DNA from: Candidatus Methylomirabilales bacterium
Lineage (GTDB): Bacteria > Methylomirabilota > Methylomirabilia > Methylomirabilales > 2-02-FULL-66-22
Reading direction: 5' to 3'
NCBI GenBank assembly: GCA_044451055.1
Contig: JBIOJT010000003.1
Coordinates: 1 to 38,078, forward strand
Length of the DNA stretch: 38,078 nt
Position numbers and translations under genes: made by a program. Positions within the stretch are counted from its first letter, which is position 1; every line of letters begins with the position of its first letter. Positions 27,597-37,192 of this stretch are shown piece by piece. The notes under the pieces were generated by a model. It was not told the origin of the DNA. It searched no databases and worked only from the letters and a program-made list of their open reading frames with translations.

Positions 27597-28427
27597 CTAG
27601 TCTTCAGCTCCCTGTCGCTCCAGCACTTCCAGGATCGCCGCGTGGAGCGCGGGAGTGGCCGCCGCCACGATGCTCTGGCCCTGCGTCATGGAGCGGATGG
27701 GCGCCAGCGGCCTGCCAAAGCGATCCGAAACCGTTCCGCCCGCCTCCGTGACGATGAGATACGCAGCCATGTAGTTCTCGGGGCTCAGGGTGTCGCGCAC
27801 GTCCACGTAGGCATCGGCACCCCCCGACGCCACGATGACGAATTCGAAGGCCGCAGTACCGAATCGGCGCGCATCCTGGATGCTCCTCAGCAGCGGGAAC
27901 AGCCGCGAGGCAATCGCGCTTCCCCTGAAATTGAAATCAATGGTGACCAGGGCATCGGACAGTTTGGTTGTGGCTGAGGGACGGATAGGCTGTCCGTTCC
28001 GCCATGCCCCGGACCCCTTCTCTGCCTCGTAGACCGTCCCACTGAAGATCCCCCCCACCAGCGCCGCGGTGACCGCTTCGGGACGGGGCATCTCCTCGCC
28101 GGGGAGCAGAGCCAGGGACACGGAGGAGAGTTCGTTCCCTCGGGCGAAGTTCTCCGACCCATCCACCGGGTCTACGATGAGCGTCCAGCGCGCCGGGCCC
28201 GACCGGGTGCGGACCTCGCCCCGCTCTTCGGTCAAGATGCGCACGGGATCAGGGAACTCACGAGCGCAGCAGTTGATGATCCGTTCTTCGGCGAGATAAT
28301 CGAACTCCTTGGTCACATCGCCCCGGGCGTTGGTCTGCACGATTGCAAGTTTCCGCAAGCCTTCCCCGAGGAGGAATTGCCGCACCTCCGCGAACATGGC
28401 CCGCAGAAGCTTTCGCATGTCGGGCAT
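27597..28427 (-). CDS. Inositol monophosphatase/FBPase (FIG) family protein
   Basis: FDYLAE, TEE, VDPVDGSENF, RRFGTAA. Start set at ATG 28427 (GAGAGG RBS); 28433 is an alternative. Confidence 0.88.
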   Translation of the reverse strand: MPDMRKLLRAMFAEVRQFLLGEGLRKLAIVQTNARGDVTKEFDYLAEERIINCCAREFPDPVRILTEERGEVRTRSGPARWTLIVDPVDGSENFARGNELSSVSLALLPGEEMPRPEAVTAALVGGIFSGTVYEAEKGSGAWRNGQPIRPSATTKLSDALVTIDFNFRGSAIASRLFPLLRSIQDARRFGTAAFEFVIVASGGADAYVDVRDTLSPENYMAAYLIVTEAGGTVSDRFGRPLAPIRSMTQGQSIVAAATPALHAAILEVLERQGAED

Positions 28428-28443
28428 TCGCATCCTCTCAAAT

Positions 28444-28523
28444 GCGTTCGAGGGTTCGGTGGTTCGAGGGTTCGAGGATTCTTGGTACGCCCGAACAACC
28501 GACCTCTCGAACATTCGAACGCT
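28444..28523. repeat. Palindromic 8-bp-unit intergenic element, copy 5
   Basis: GC GTTCGAGG GTTCGGTG GTTCGAGG GTTCGAGG ATTCTTGG TAC GCCCGAAC AACCGACC TCTCGAAC ATTCGAAC GCT. Confidence 0.9.
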
Positions 28524-28535
28524 TCTGGTTCCGAG

Positions 28536-30218
28536 CTACATCCGTTCGGGCGCCGACACCCCGAGCAGAGTGAGTCCGTTGGCGACCACTTGCCGCACCG
28601 CTGCGACCATCGCCAGGCGTGCCCGGCTGAGGTCGCGATCATCCGAGATCACCCGCTCTTCCGTGTCCTTGTATTTCGTGAAGTAGCCGTGGAAGCCGGC
28701 GGCCAGCTCCTGCAGATACGTGGTCACCCGGTGCGGCTCGTGGGCCAGCGCCGCGTTCTGCAGCATCTCGGGATAGACGGCCAGGCGCTTCACGATGGCC
28801 AACTCCTCGGGCACCGTGAGCCGCGACAGATCCGCATTCTCATAGGGTCCTGGCATCCCCGCCTCGGCCGCCTTGCGCCCCATGCTGCAGGCGCGGGCAT
28901 GCGCGTACTGGACGTAGAAGACCGGGTTGTCCATCGTCTGCCGCTTCGCCATTTCAATGTCGAAATCAAGCTGGGCCTCGGACCGGCGGGTGAGGAAGAG
29001 GAACCGTGCCGCGTCCATCCCCACCTCGCTCACGACCTCGCGCAGCTCCACGAACTCACCGGTCCGCTTCGACATCGGGACCGGGAGGCCACCGCGCAGG
29101 ACCTTCACCATCTGGAGCAGGATCACTCGGAGGATCTCCGGGTCGTGGCCGAGGGCCTGGATCGCCGCCTTCACCCGCGGGATGTAGCCCCCATGGTCGG
29201 CCCCCCAGATATTGATGAGGCGGTCGAAGCCGCGGCGAATCTTATTGGCATGATAGGCGATGTCGGAGGTAAAGTAAGTGGGTTCCCCGTTGCTCCGTAT
29301 CAGGATGCGATCCTTCTCATCCCCGAAGTCGCTGGCACGGAAGCCGACAGCCTTCCCCTCCTCGTAGAGGTAACCACCCGCGCGGAGCGTGGCCAGGACC
29401 GCCTCCACCTCTCCGGAGTCGTAGAGGCTCCGCTCCGAAACCCACGAGCCAAAGACCACGCCGAAGGTGCGGAGGTCCGCCTCGATCTCCCCCAGGAGGA
29501 TGCGGGACGCGCGCTCGGTGCAGGTGGAGATCGCCTGGTCCATTCCGAGATCGGACAGGCCGGGGACGGCCCCGGCGATCTCGGTTGCCAATTCCCGGAT
29601 GTACTCGCCGTGGTAGCCATTCTCGGGGAACTGGACCGACCGCCCGCAGGCTTCCAGATGCCGCGCCCAGACCGATTCCCCCAGGAGGCGCATCTGGCTC
29701 CCGGCGTCGTTAATGTAGTACTCGCGCTCGACGCGATAGCCCACCGCCTCCAGGAGGTTGGCGATGGCATCGCCCAGGGCGGCGCCGCGCCCGTGTCCCA
29801 CGTGGAGGGGCCCCGTCGGGTTCGCACTCACGAACTCCACCTGAACCCGCTGTCCCTGCCCGACGGTCGCGCGCCCGTAGGCGGCAGCCCCCGCCAGGAC
29901 CTCCCGGATCGCCTCGTGCCACCAGCCATTGGCCACGAAGATATTGAGGTATCCCGGGCCGGCAACCTCGATCTTCTCGACCAGCGCGGGGTCCGGGTTC
30001 ACCGCCCGCTGGATCGCCATGGCGACATCGCGGGGCGATCGCCGAACCTGTTTCGCCAGAGCGAAACTCACGGTGGTAGAAAGGTCGCCGAATGCCGGCT
30101 CCGGCGGATATTCCCAGGCGATCTCCGGCATGGACACAGGTGGCCAGCCCTGCTCTTGGCTCGCGCGGGTCACGGCATCCGCCAGGACGGCACCCAGGAT
30201 CTTCTTGAGTTGTTGCAC
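28536..30218 (-). CDS. argS: Arginine--tRNA ligase
   Basis: EFVSANPTGPLHVGHGR, EYYINDAG, GADHGGY, MSKR, YVQYAHAR, LGVSAPERM. Confidence 0.97.
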   Translation of the reverse strand: MQQLKKILGAVLADAVTRASQEQGWPPVSMPEIAWEYPPEPAFGDLSTTVSFALAKQVRRSPRDVAMAIQRAVNPDPALVEKIEVAGPGYLNIFVANGWWHEAIREVLAGAAAYGRATVGQGQRVQVEFVSANPTGPLHVGHGRGAALGDAIANLLEAVGYRVEREYYINDAGSQMRLLGESVWARHLEACGRSVQFPENGYHGEYIRELATEIAGAVPGLSDLGMDQAISTCTERASRILLGEIEADLRTFGVVFGSWVSERSLYDSGEVEAVLATLRAGGYLYEEGKAVGFRASDFGDEKDRILIRSNGEPTYFTSDIAYHANKIRRGFDRLINIWGADHGGYIPRVKAAIQALGHDPEILRVILLQMVKVLRGGLPVPMSKRTGEFVELREVVSEVGMDAARFLFLTRRSEAQLDFDIEMAKRQTMDNPVFYVQYAHARACSMGRKAAEAGMPGPYENADLSRLTVPEELAIVKRLAVYPEMLQNAALAHEPHRVTTYLQELAAGFHGYFTKYKDTEERVISDDRDLSRARLAMVAAVRQVVANGLTLLGVSAPERM

Positions 30219-30297
30219 AGGGAATCCTCAGACCTGCAACCTGAGGAACGGGTGTCACCTTCTCAGCAGCTCTGCGCGTTTCCGTTCCGCCTCACGC

Positions 30298-31503
30298 TCA
30301 CGGTTCACGCCTCTCGCCCGTTGCCTGCTCCCGGGGGAGGCCTTCGGGAAACTCGAATCCATGGATCTCCACCTGATCCAGGCCCATCTGCACCAGCTTC
30401 TCGATGTTGAGGCTGGCCTCGGCGGCTCTGACCTCTTCGACGTTGGAGACGGTCGCCGGATGCTGGGGGACAAACAGCCGGCAGCAGTCCTGGTCGGGGA
30501 TGATGGAGATCTCGTACGTCTGGAGCGCTCGCGCCTGTTGGACGATCTCTTCCTTGTCGCTACCGATCAGAGGTCGCAGGATCGGCATCCCCACCGCCTC
30601 CTCGATCACGGCCAGGTTGTCCAGGGTCTGGGAGGCGACTTGGCCCAGGCTTTCTCCTGTGACGAGGGCCTTGGCGTACTCCCGGCGGGCGATCTGTTCC
30701 GCGATCCGACCCATGAGCCGCCGGTACAGCACGACGCGAAGGGGGGCCGGAGCCCCGACCACGACCTCCCGCTGGATCTCCCCGAAGGGGACGAGGTACA
30801 GGCGGGACTGGTACTGGAAGCGAGTCAGGGCCCGCGCCAGATCCATGGCTTTGCTCCGGGACGTGCCGTCCAAGAAAGGGACGCCGTGGAAGTGGACGAA
30901 GATCACCTGGCACCCACGCTTCATCAGGCGGTGAGCCGCCACTGGCGAGTCAATGCCGCCCGACAGCAAGCAGACCACCCGCCCGCTCACGCCGAGCGGG
31001 AGGCCGCCGGGTCCCGCCTCGCGTCCACACGAAAAGTAGATGTCGCGCGGCAGAACCTCGACATGGATGGTGAGGTCGGGTCGCTCCAGATCCACGGCGG
31101 CGTGCGTCTGCCCCTGGATGAACGCACCCAGCTCGCGATTGACCTCCTCGGAGGTCTGGGGAAACTGCTTGAAGGCCCGCTTGGTGGCCACCTTGAACGA
31201 GCCGAATGACCGCCCCTGCAACGCCTTCCCCACCGCCGCCTTCAGCGCGACCATGTCGGGGTCCACCCGCTCCGCTAGGGAGAAATTGGCGACGCCGAAG
31301 ACCGAGCGGATCCGTTCGCGGATCACGTCCCAGTCGGCCTCACGCGCGAGGATGAGCACCAACCGGCCTGACCGCTCCTCCACCCGGCGCACGCCGGCCC
31401 CGGCCGTCGCCCGGAGGAGGTTGGCCTCCAGGCGCCGCACGAACAGAGGCTGATTCTTCCCCTTGAGCCCGATCTCGTTGTAATGGATCACCACACAGCG
31501 CAT
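30298..31503 (-). CDS. thiI: tRNA 4-thiouridine synthase ThiI (no rhodanese domain)
   Basis: EIGLKGKN, THUMP domain, GGLPLG, LLSGGIDSPV, TGESLGQVASQT, DCC. AGGAG RBS before ATG 31503. Confidence 0.95.
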   Translation of the reverse strand: MRCVVIHYNEIGLKGKNQPLFVRRLEANLLRATAGAGVRRVEERSGRLVLILAREADWDVIRERIRSVFGVANFSLAERVDPDMVALKAAVGKALQGRSFGSFKVATKRAFKQFPQTSEEVNRELGAFIQGQTHAAVDLERPDLTIHVEVLPRDIYFSCGREAGPGGLPLGVSGRVVCLLSGGIDSPVAAHRLMKRGCQVIFVHFHGVPFLDGTSRSKAMDLARALTRFQYQSRLYLVPFGEIQREVVVGAPAPLRVVLYRRLMGRIAEQIARREYAKALVTGESLGQVASQTLDNLAVIEEAVGMPILRPLIGSDKEEIVQQARALQTYEISIIPDQDCCRLFVPQHPATVSNVEEVRAAEASLNIEKLVQMGLDQVEIHGFEFPEGLPREQATGERREP

Positions 31504-31657
31504 GGCCTCTCCTGAGGGACAATAAACTACCATTCTCCCGCCACGAACCCAAGGAGAAAGTCGCTGGCGTCAGGCAGAAGCGGCCGACCTCCAAGAGGAA
31601 AGAGGGCGCGGAAACGAAAGGCTGCAGACCGCCATCCCGGGCACGGGAGGATCTAGT

Positions 31658-32260
31658 TCAGGTCACGGTTTCGGTGCTCCGCCAGAGGTACCAGCAAGCC
31701 AGGCTACAGTGGGGGTGCCACTTCACCCCCAACTTCTCCACTCTGGCCGGGGTGGGTAGCTTGCGGAGCCGATAGGCCCTCCGGACCGCCGACCGGATTC
31801 CCAGGTCCCCTGATGCCAGGATGTCGGGCCGGCGCAGAGCGAAGATGAGAAACATCTGTGCGGTCCAAACCCCGACGCCCTTGACGGCCGTCACGTGTTG
31901 GATCACCTCGTTATCGGATGCGGTCGCCAACCGCGAGAACGCGATGAGCCCCATCTCGGTCTTCTCCGCGAGATCGCGGATATACTTCACCTTCTGCCGG
32001 GAGAGACCAAGCCCTTGCATCTGCGCGGACGTCAGGGCCAGGACCTCCCGCGGTTTCATTCGCGAGCCATTTCCGAGGGCATCCTTGAATCGACCGAAGA
32101 TGGCCCGGGCGGCCTTGCCGTTGAGTTGCTGGAAGACAATGCTCCGGACCAGCGTCTCGAAGTCGGGTTCGGCGTACTGAAACCTGCATGGTCCCACCCG
32201 TTCGATGATCTCACCGAGAACAGGATCTGCCCGTTGAAGATGCCTCAGTGCCCATCGCAT
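31658..32260 (-). CDS. DNA-3-methyladenine glycosylase II (AlkA-like HhH-GPD)
   Basis: LVRSIVFQQL, GLSRQK, VKGVGVWTAQM, DLGIR, WYLW. Confidence 0.92.
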   Translation of the reverse strand: MRWALRHLQRADPVLGEIIERVGPCRFQYAEPDFETLVRSIVFQQLNGKAARAIFGRFKDALGNGSRMKPREVLALTSAQMQGLGLSRQKVKYIRDLAEKTEMGLIAFSRLATASDNEVIQHVTAVKGVGVWTAQMFLIFALRRPDILASGDLGIRSAVRRAYRLRKLPTPARVEKLGVKWHPHCSLACWYLWRSTETVT

Positions 32261-32273
32261 GAATCCATATCCT

Positions 32274-33002
32274 CTAATCAGGGGGTGCCTTCACTGTTCC
32301 TTCAAGGGCAATTTGCAGTGGAGACGCCAGGGTGTCCACACCCCAGGGTTCCGCAGGGTTCACCACATGCAGCTTCTCCCCTCTCAGGAAGGCTTCCAGC
32401 GTGGCATAGGCAATCCGCAGCATGTTCAACCCGGCTTCCCGCGTGTTATAGCCGATGTGCGGCGTGATCAGAACATTGGGGAGCGACCGGAAGACGTAAT
32501 CCTCTGGAAAGGGTTCTTCCTCGTGCACATCCAGGGCGGCGCTTGCGATCTTCCGCTCTTTGAACAGCGCCGCCAGCGCCTGGGTATCGACGATCTTCGC
32601 CCGAGCGGTATTGACGAAATATGCCGACGGCTTCATCCGGTTGAGTAGCCCTCCGGAAATCAGCCGTTCCGTCTGTGCGTTGTAGGCAAGGTGAACGGAG
32701 ACCACGTCCGCGCCGGAAAACAGCCCCTCCAGGGAGACCAGCCGGAGCCCGTGCTTGCCCCTCTCCGGCCTGGCGTTCCGCGTCCAGCCCATGACCTTCA
32801 TGCCGATTCCCGCTCCAAGCCGGGCCACCTCGGTGCCGATGGGGCCCAGCCCGACGACCCCCAGGGTTTTCCCGTGCAGCTCCCGACCCTGAAATCGGAT
32901 GGTTTCCCATTCGCCCTGTTGCAGGCTGTGATACCCGAAGGCGATGTGACGGGTGAGCGACAGGATCATCCCGAGAGCGAACTCGGCGACGGAGGTCGCG
33001 CC
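32274..33002 (-). pseudogene. N-terminally truncated D-2-hydroxyacid dehydrogenase (SerA-like)
   Basis: In-frame GATSVAEFALGMIL..., ELHGKTLGVVGLGPIG, VNTAR, LDVHEEEP, TPHIG. An in-frame TGA lies about 10 codons upstream of the homologous part, so roughly the first 100 aa are missing. Confidence 0.75.
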
Positions 33003-33004
33003 GG

Positions 33005-33033
33005 AAGCTACGACGGGCCTAGCCCATTGTCAA
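33005..33033 (-). promoter_or_regulatory. sigma70-type promoter abutting the truncated dehydrogenase
   Basis: TTGACA-17 bp-TAGCTT. Confidence 0.6.
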
Positions 33034-33154
33034 GAGGCGGCGCTGGGCAAGCATCCCGAGCTCCAGCAATACCCGACAGCCTGTCCTGTCGTGGCAAAGG
33101 GCACCGCCAATCCGGCTGGAGGTCGCGTGCGGGCCGCACACGGGTGTGGAAGGA

Positions 33155-34486
33155 TCAGGTGCGCAGGGACACGCCCTGCCTCCCGAGAACTGCCGACACG
33201 AGGCCGTGGGCCGTGGCCTCGGTCTTGAGGGCCGGCAGCCCGAGATGGGACCCGAGGTCCTGGAGGGAGAGATCGTCCAGGAAGACGTCCTCGTCCTCCT
33301 TCAGGGCCAGCGAGGGGATGAGGATGGCATCGCCCGGCCGGTCCCGCCGCCCGTCGAGGATCTTGACGACGTCCGTGCCGGTGAGGAGGCCGGCGCACGT
33401 CACCGACCCGCCGAAGAACTCGTTCACGACGGGAATCAGCTCCACCCTCAGGCCGCCGATCTGATTCAATCGTTCTATCGCGCCCTGCAAGACCGGAGTG
33501 GCCAGCATTCCCGAGACCACGGAAAGCTGGCGACCCGGAGAAACGGCCACAGGTAGGCGCCGCTCCAGACGGCGGAACTCGTCGAGGAACTTCCGGCTGC
33601 CTCCGACCCCGTTGCCGAGCTGTGCGTATCCCCCATACGTACGACCGGCCGGAAACGGCCGGCCCGCCAGGAGGTAGAACTCGTCCGAGGGGAAAGCGAA
33701 GCGCGTCCCAACCTCCCGGAGGAACCGGCGGCGCCAGCGCTCCGCCCAATCGAGGAGCGACCGCGCATACTCCGGGTCCGGGGACTTCAGCACCGGCAGC
33801 TTCTCGCGGTACTGCGTGAGTCCCACGGGGACGAGTGCCACGGTCTCGACGAAGGGGTGGAAGCGGGCCAGGTCCTCCAGGCTCTTGGCCAGGTGCTCGC
33901 CGTCATTGATGCCCGGGCACAGGACCACCTGGGTGTGCATGTGGATGCGCCCGGCGGCGAAAACGGCGATCTGCTCCAGGACGTTCGGGGCATTGGGGTT
34001 GCCGAGGATTCGGTTGCGGAGCGGCCAGTCGGTGGCGTGGACCGAGATGTAGAGCGGGTGGAGGCGCTGCTTCAGGATGCGGTCCACGTCCGCCTGGCTG
34101 AGATTGGTCAGCGTGGCGAAATTGCCGTTCAGGAACGAGAAACGGTAGTCGTCGTCCTTGAAGTAGAGGGCGCGGCGCATCCCCCGGGCGTTCTGGTGGG
34201 CAAAGCAGAAGGCGCACTTGTTGTTGCAGGCCCGCATCTTCAGCGGATCCACCTCGAGACCCAGGGGCAGGTCCTCCGGCTTCTCGAGGCGGGCGTGGTG
34301 CTCTTCTCCATTGCCATCGCGCCAGACCAGGTCCACCCGCCTCGCCGTCTCCATGAAACGAAGGTCCAGGGGGTCCTGCACCGCCCGGCCGTTCAGGCTC
34401 ACGAGGAGGGAGCCGGCTGCCACTCCCGCCTCTGCGGCGGGACTGCCGGGCTCCACAGCATGAATGGTGAGCGGCTTCGTCGTCAC
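33155..34486 (-). CDS. DUF512 family PDZ plus radical-SAM-like Fe-S protein
   Basis: N-terminal PDZ (VEPGSPA), CNNKCAFCF, KDDDYR.SFL.GNF.TLTN, VPVGLT, SDEFY, QLGNGVG, AGLLTG.D, FLDD. Confidence 0.9.
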   Translation of the reverse strand: MTTKPLTIHAVEPGSPAAEAGVAAGSLLVSLNGRAVQDPLDLRFMETARRVDLVWRDGNGEEHHARLEKPEDLPLGLEVDPLKMRACNNKCAFCFAHQNARGMRRALYFKDDDYRFSFLNGNFATLTNLSQADVDRILKQRLHPLYISVHATDWPLRNRILGNPNAPNVLEQIAVFAAGRIHMHTQVVLCPGINDGEHLAKSLEDLARFHPFVETVALVPVGLTQYREKLPVLKSPDPEYARSLLDWAERWRRRFLREVGTRFAFPSDEFYLLAGRPFPAGRTYGGYAQLGNGVGGSRKFLDEFRRLERRLPVAVSPGRQLSVVSGMLATPVLQGAIERLNQIGGLRVELIPVVNEFFGGSVTCAGLLTGTDVVKILDGRRDRPGDAILIPSLALKEDEDVFLDDLSLQDLGSHLGLPALKTEATAHGLVSAVLGRQGVSLRT

Positions 34487-34592
34487 GCGCGTCTCCCGGC
34501 GTGCCGGTATGTCTGGAGCGCCCGAATTGAGACAGGGAAGGCCGCGACTGCGGCAACCGCCACCCGCACTCCACAGCGCGTCTCCCCCGCCA

Positions 34593-35126
34593 TCACTGAT
34601 CGTTCAGGAGCCGCGCCCCCCGATAGATGTAGTCCAGGCCGGAGGTGACCGTGAGGGTCAGCGTGATCACGACCAGTGGAAGGATGGCGACCTTGAGGTC
34701 CGGAAAGAAGGTGTCCAGCATGGCGAACAAGACCGTGACCAGTTGGAAACCCGTCGTGGCCTTTCCCATCCATGACGGAGGCATGCCGATCTTGCCCAGG
34801 AACATGTACAGGATGACGGAGCCGCCGATCAGCAGGACGTCACGGCTCACGACGATGATCGTGAACCAGCGCGGCAACTCCTTGAGGATCGTGAGCGTGA
34901 CGACGGTTGTGGTCAGCAGCAGTTTATCCGCCACCGGGTCCAGCACCATGCCCAGCGTCGTCTTCTGCTTCCGCCAGCGGGCCACGAGCCCGTCCAGGGC
35001 ATCGGTGATCCCGGCGAGCAGGAACAGCGCCAGCGCGGCGGCCATCTGGCGATACAAGAGCAGGACCGTGATGACCGGCGTCATCAGGATGCGGAGGATC
35101 GTCAGGCGATTCGCCAGGGTCAGCAT
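34593..35126 (-). CDS. pgsA: CDP-alcohol phosphatidyltransferase (PgsA-like)
   Basis: ANRLTILR and the DALDGLVAR..G..LDPVADK signature; hydrophobic. Exact acceptor uncertain. Confidence 0.8.
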   Translation of the reverse strand: MLTLANRLTILRILMTPVITVLLLYRQMAAALALFLLAGITDALDGLVARWRKQKTTLGMVLDPVADKLLLTTTVVTLTILKELPRWFTIIVVSRDVLLIGGSVILYMFLGKIGMPPSWMGKATTGFQLVTVLFAMLDTFFPDLKVAILPLVVITLTLTVTSGLDYIYRGARLLNDQ

Positions 35127-35142
35127 GGGCTGTGGCCCGACC

Positions 35143-36249
35143 TCACGCGGTAGCCTCGGCGGCCCCGCGGGCGATGGCTCCTCCCGCGGTGGCGCTCCCG
35201 TTCAGACAGTATACGATCTCCTGGCGCAGCTCGTCCAGCCCGGCCCCCGTCTTGGCCGAGATGGCGACGCGACCGCTGCCCGGGCGCCACGCGAAAGGTG
35301 ACCGCCCGAGGCGGTCGATCTTGTTGAACACCAGGATGGTGAGCCGATCCGCCAGCCCCAACTCTCCCAGCACGGACTCCACGGCCGCCTGCTGCGCCTC
35401 CGCGTGGGGATGACTGATGTCCACCACGTGGAGCAGGACAGTCGCCTCCTGGATCTCCTCCAGCGTGGCCTGGAATGCCGCCACGAGCTGGTGGGGAAGC
35501 TTGCGGATGAAACCCACCGTGTCCGACAAGAGCGCCACCCGGTCGTCGGGCAGCGCGAGGCGGCGAAGCCTCGGGTCCAGCGTGGCGAAGAGCTGGTCCC
35601 GCACCACCACGCCGGCGTGGGTCAGCGCATTCAGGATCGAGGACTTCCCCGCATTGGTGTACCCGACCAGGGCCAGGATGGGAAACGGGACCTTCCGCCG
35701 CGGCCGCCGCAGGAGCGCGCGGTGCCGCCGCACCTGCTCCAGGTCCCGGCGGATCTTGGCCATGCGGGTCCGGACCCGCCGCCGGTCCGACTCCAGCTGG
35801 GTCTCGCCCGGCCCCCGGGTGCCGATGCCGCCGCCCAATCGCTCGAGGTGCGTCCAGGCGCCGGCCAATCGGGGGAGGAGGTAGTCGAGCTGCGCCAGCT
35901 CCACCTGAAGCTTCCCCTCCCGGCTCTGGGCCCGCTGGGCGAAGATGTCCAGGATGAGCCCGGTCCGGTCCACCACCCGCTTGCCCAGCAGCTCCTCCAG
36001 ATTGCGCTGCTGTGATCCGGACAGCTCCTCGTCCAGGATGACCAGGTCTGCGCCCGCGCAGCGCTGGCGGATTTCCAGCGCCTTGCCTTTCCCGATGAGA
36101 TACCGAGGGTCGAGTCGATCCCGCTCCTGCAGGACGGTATCGGCGACGCGCGCCCCGGCCGACCGGGCGAGCTGTTCCAGCTCGGCCAGCGAGTCCTCGG
36201 CCTCCCAGCGCGCCTGCGGGTGCCGGCAGACGCCCACCAGGACGGCCAC
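35143..36249 (-). CDS. hflX: Ribosome-splitting GTPase HflX
   Basis: ILDIFAQRA, GTRGPGE, GYTNAGKS, FATLD, DTVGF, NKID, SAK. Start uncertain. Confidence 0.95.
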   Translation of the reverse strand: MAVLVGVCRHPQARWEAEDSLAELEQLARSAGARVADTVLQERDRLDPRYLIGKGKALEIRQRCAGADLVILDEELSGSQQRNLEELLGKRVVDRTGLILDIFAQRAQSREGKLQVELAQLDYLLPRLAGAWTHLERLGGGIGTRGPGETQLESDRRRVRTRMAKIRRDLEQVRRHRALLRRPRRKVPFPILALVGYTNAGKSSILNALTHAGVVVRDQLFATLDPRLRRLALPDDRVALLSDTVGFIRKLPHQLVAAFQATLEEIQEATVLLHVVDISHPHAEAQQAAVESVLGELGLADRLTILVFNKIDRLGRSPFAWRPGSGRVAISAKTGAGLDELRQEIVYCLNGSATAGGAIARGAAEATA

Positions 36250-36274
36250 TTCTGGCTCACGACGGTTCAGCGTG

Positions 36275-37180
36275 TCACGGGCGATGGGGAATCTCCTCCC
36301 GGGCCATTCGGGCCCGCGCCAGGCGCGCGGTCAGGGCCTCGCCATCCCCGTCCCGGATGGCCCCCTCCAGCGCCGCCAGGACCTCGCGGTATGCGGTCAG
36401 CGCGCGCAGAATCGGGCCGCGGTTCATGAGGAAGATGTCCCGCCACATCAACGGATGGCTGGCGGCCACCCGCGTGAAATCGCGGAGCCCCCCGGCCGCA
36501 AACTGCAGCCGCTCTTCGCCCAGGGGCAATCCCAGGACGGCATCCATCAGGGCATAGGCCACGAGGTGCGGGAGGTGACTCACGGCCGCGAAGACCTCGT
36601 CGTGCCAGCCGGCCTCCATGGTGACGATCGTCGAGCCCACCCCGCGCCACAGCGCGGCAACGCGCTGCACGGCGTTCGCGTTCGTCAAGGCACTCGGCGT
36701 CCCGATCCAGTTCGCCCCCTCGAAGAGGTCCGGACGCGCCGCCGCCGGCCCCGACCGCTCCTGCCCCGCGATGGGATGGCCGGCCACGAACCGGCCGTCG
36801 GGAAAGGCGGCGTCCCCCGCGGCGAGGATCAAGCCCTTCACGCTCCCGACGTCGGTGACCAGGCAATCATCCGTCACGCGTCGGGCCACCTCCGGCAGCA
36901 GGGCCACGATCTCGGCCACCGGCACGGCCAGCACCACGAGGTCGGCGCGCGCCACGTCCGCGGTCAGCTCCCCCGCGACCCGATCCACCATCCCCATGGC
37001 GAGGGCCACCTTGCGGTGGGCGGGATCCGCATCCACCCCCGCCACCGTCTCGACCAAGCCGGCCTTTCTTGCCGCCAGGGCGAGACTGCCGCCGATGAGG
37101 CCCGCGCCCACGACGGCCATCTCGCGAAACAACGGCGTCGCCGAATGCGGATTGCGGAATCCGGAATGCGGAATGTTCAT
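36275..37180 (-). CDS. tyrA: Prephenate/arogenate dehydrogenase
   Basis: [24 protein letters not shown]...[14 protein letters not shown]. Start at ATG 37180, TTG 37132 or ATG 37120. Confidence 0.92.
   Translation of the reverse strand: MNIPHSGFRNPHSATPLFREMAVVGAGLIGGSLALAARKAGLVETVAGVDADPAHRKVALAMGMVDRVAGELTADVARADLVVLAVPVAEIVALLPEVARRVTDDCLVTDVGSVKGLILAAGDAAFPDGRFVAGHPIAGQERSGPAAARPDLFEGANWIGTPSALTNANAVQRVAALWRGVGSTIVTMEAGWHDEVFAAVSHLPHLVAYALMDAVLGLPLGEERLQFAAGGLRDFTRVAASHPLMWRDIFLMNRGPILRALTAYREVLAALEGAIRDGDGEALTARLARARMAREEIPHRP
37141..37175. repeat. 7-bp tandem array (CGGAATG x5)
   Basis: CCGAATG CGGATTG CGGAATC CGGAATG CGGAATG. Confidence 0.85.
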
Positions 37181-37192
37181 ATCGTCAAGAGC

